From: an uncultured Acidobacteriota bacterium | GTDB taxonomy: Bacteria; Acidobacteriota; Blastocatellia; RBC074 | Assembly (NCBI GenBank): GCA_963796275.1 | Contig: CAWCKY010000007.1 | Location: forward strand, 192,001 to 256,000 | Direction of reading: 5' to 3' | Length of the DNA: 64,000 bases | The notes under the pieces: model-generated | What the model saw: only the letters and a program-made list of their open reading frames with translations | The model's database searches: none | Told to the model about the DNA's origin: nothing | Position numbers and translations under genes: made by a program | Part shown: positions 63,391 through 64,000 of the stretch, one piece after another | How positions within the stretch are numbered: the stretch's first letter is position 1 | Layout of the letters: every line of letters starts with the position of its first letter

Positions 63391-63789
63391 ATGATCGCTT
63401 CCTCTTGTAAATTGACTTTTCTGGGACTGGCGCTTTGCGTCGCTATCTTCTCGATTGGATGTCGTGAGGGTGAAGCACAACCCGACATAGCCTTTGAATA
63501 CAAATTCATGCCAGACCCTCCGAGAACAGGTTTCGCGACGTTTAGCTTGAGGCTGGCGGATGCTGCAGGTAAGCCGATTAACGGCGCCCGCATCGATCTG
63601 GAAGGCAATATGTCACATGCCGGAATGCGCCCCGTATTCAGTGAGGCACGAGAATTGGAAACGGGGCGATACGAAGCGGCTCTTGAATTCACGATGAGAG
63701 GAGATTGGATTATCCTCGTTCATATCACCTTGCCGGACGGGCGAAGACTACAAAAAGAACTGTTTATAAATGGAGTCCAATCAGGGTGA
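63391..63789 (+). CDS. YtkA/FixH-like lipoprotein
   Basis: Lipobox IFSIGC; LEGNMSHAGM...GRYEA...FTMRGDW. Confidence 0.8.
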   Translation: MIASSCKLTFLGLALCVAIFSIGCREGEAQPDIAFEYKFMPDPPRTGFATFSLRLADAAGKPINGARIDLEGNMSHAGMRPVFSEARELETGRYEAALEFTMRGDWIILVHITLPDGRRLQKELFINGVQSG

Positions 63790-64000
63790 GGAACCAGCAG
63801 TCTGAGCAATCATCGCAGCCTTATGCCGCAGACGATTCACGCGCTGTCGATTTGGCGGATGTGCCTTTCCTTGGACGATTTCTTCACTGGCGTCATAACA
63901 GAACAGCATTACAGATTCCGGCCTTGATCATCAGTATTTTGATGGTGCTGCACGGGCTTTTCGGGCCCACACTGGCTCCTAAAAATCTTGCCACAACGTT
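63786..64000 (+). CDS. FesM-like membrane iron-sulfur protein, 5' part only; absent from the ORF track
   Basis: GTG start overlaps the upstream TGA; DLADVPFLGRFLHWRHNRTALQIP...HGLFGPTLAPKNLATT, open to the window end. Confidence 0.55.
   Translation, partial: MRNQQSEQSSQPYAADDSRAVDLADVPFLGRFLHWRHNRTALQIPALIISILMVLHGLFGPTLAPKNLATT

Overview
A 64-kb, fairly GC-rich bacterial chromosome segment. Its gene content points to Acidobacteriota, probably Blastocatellia-like (inference): five Oar/carboxypeptidase-regulatory-type TonB-dependent receptors, a CRTAC1/ASPIC-UnbV protein, a wHTH-TolB regulator and an atypical ECF sigma factor. Main blocks: (1) a glycoside hydrolase with an apparently circularly permuted PA14 insert, then a TBDR-CRTAC1-TPR-heptaheme cytochrome/TPR operon; (2) a pqqABCDE operon whose 38-aa pqqA (core CCEIGAY) is missing from the ORF track, followed by a frameshifted MFS transporter; (3) a LacI-TBDR-sulfatase-GH2-sulfatase glycan-utilisation locus with a perfect 20-bp operator palindrome; (4) a decayed accessory zone with an attC-like relic, and an ECF sigma divergent from a ToxR-like wHTH/beta-propeller receptor followed by a small Cys protein; (5) hydrolases and three more TBDRs, with a nested MITE/REP structure at 44.3-45.1 kb; (6) an eroding C1-oxidation locus (xoxJ/mxaJ remnant, gutted cytochrome c, CoxII with a mutated heme motif, GlcG, frameshifted fdhA); (7) an AhpD/CMD-like peroxidase split by an in-frame UGA in a CxxU motif with a SECIS-like hairpin, the best candidate for a hidden selenoprotein; (8) the start of a His-rich membrane protein/YtkA/FesM-like operon. 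I recognised no rRNA, tRNA, CRISPR array or intact transposase. Family assignments come from recognising motifs by eye; no database searches were run.
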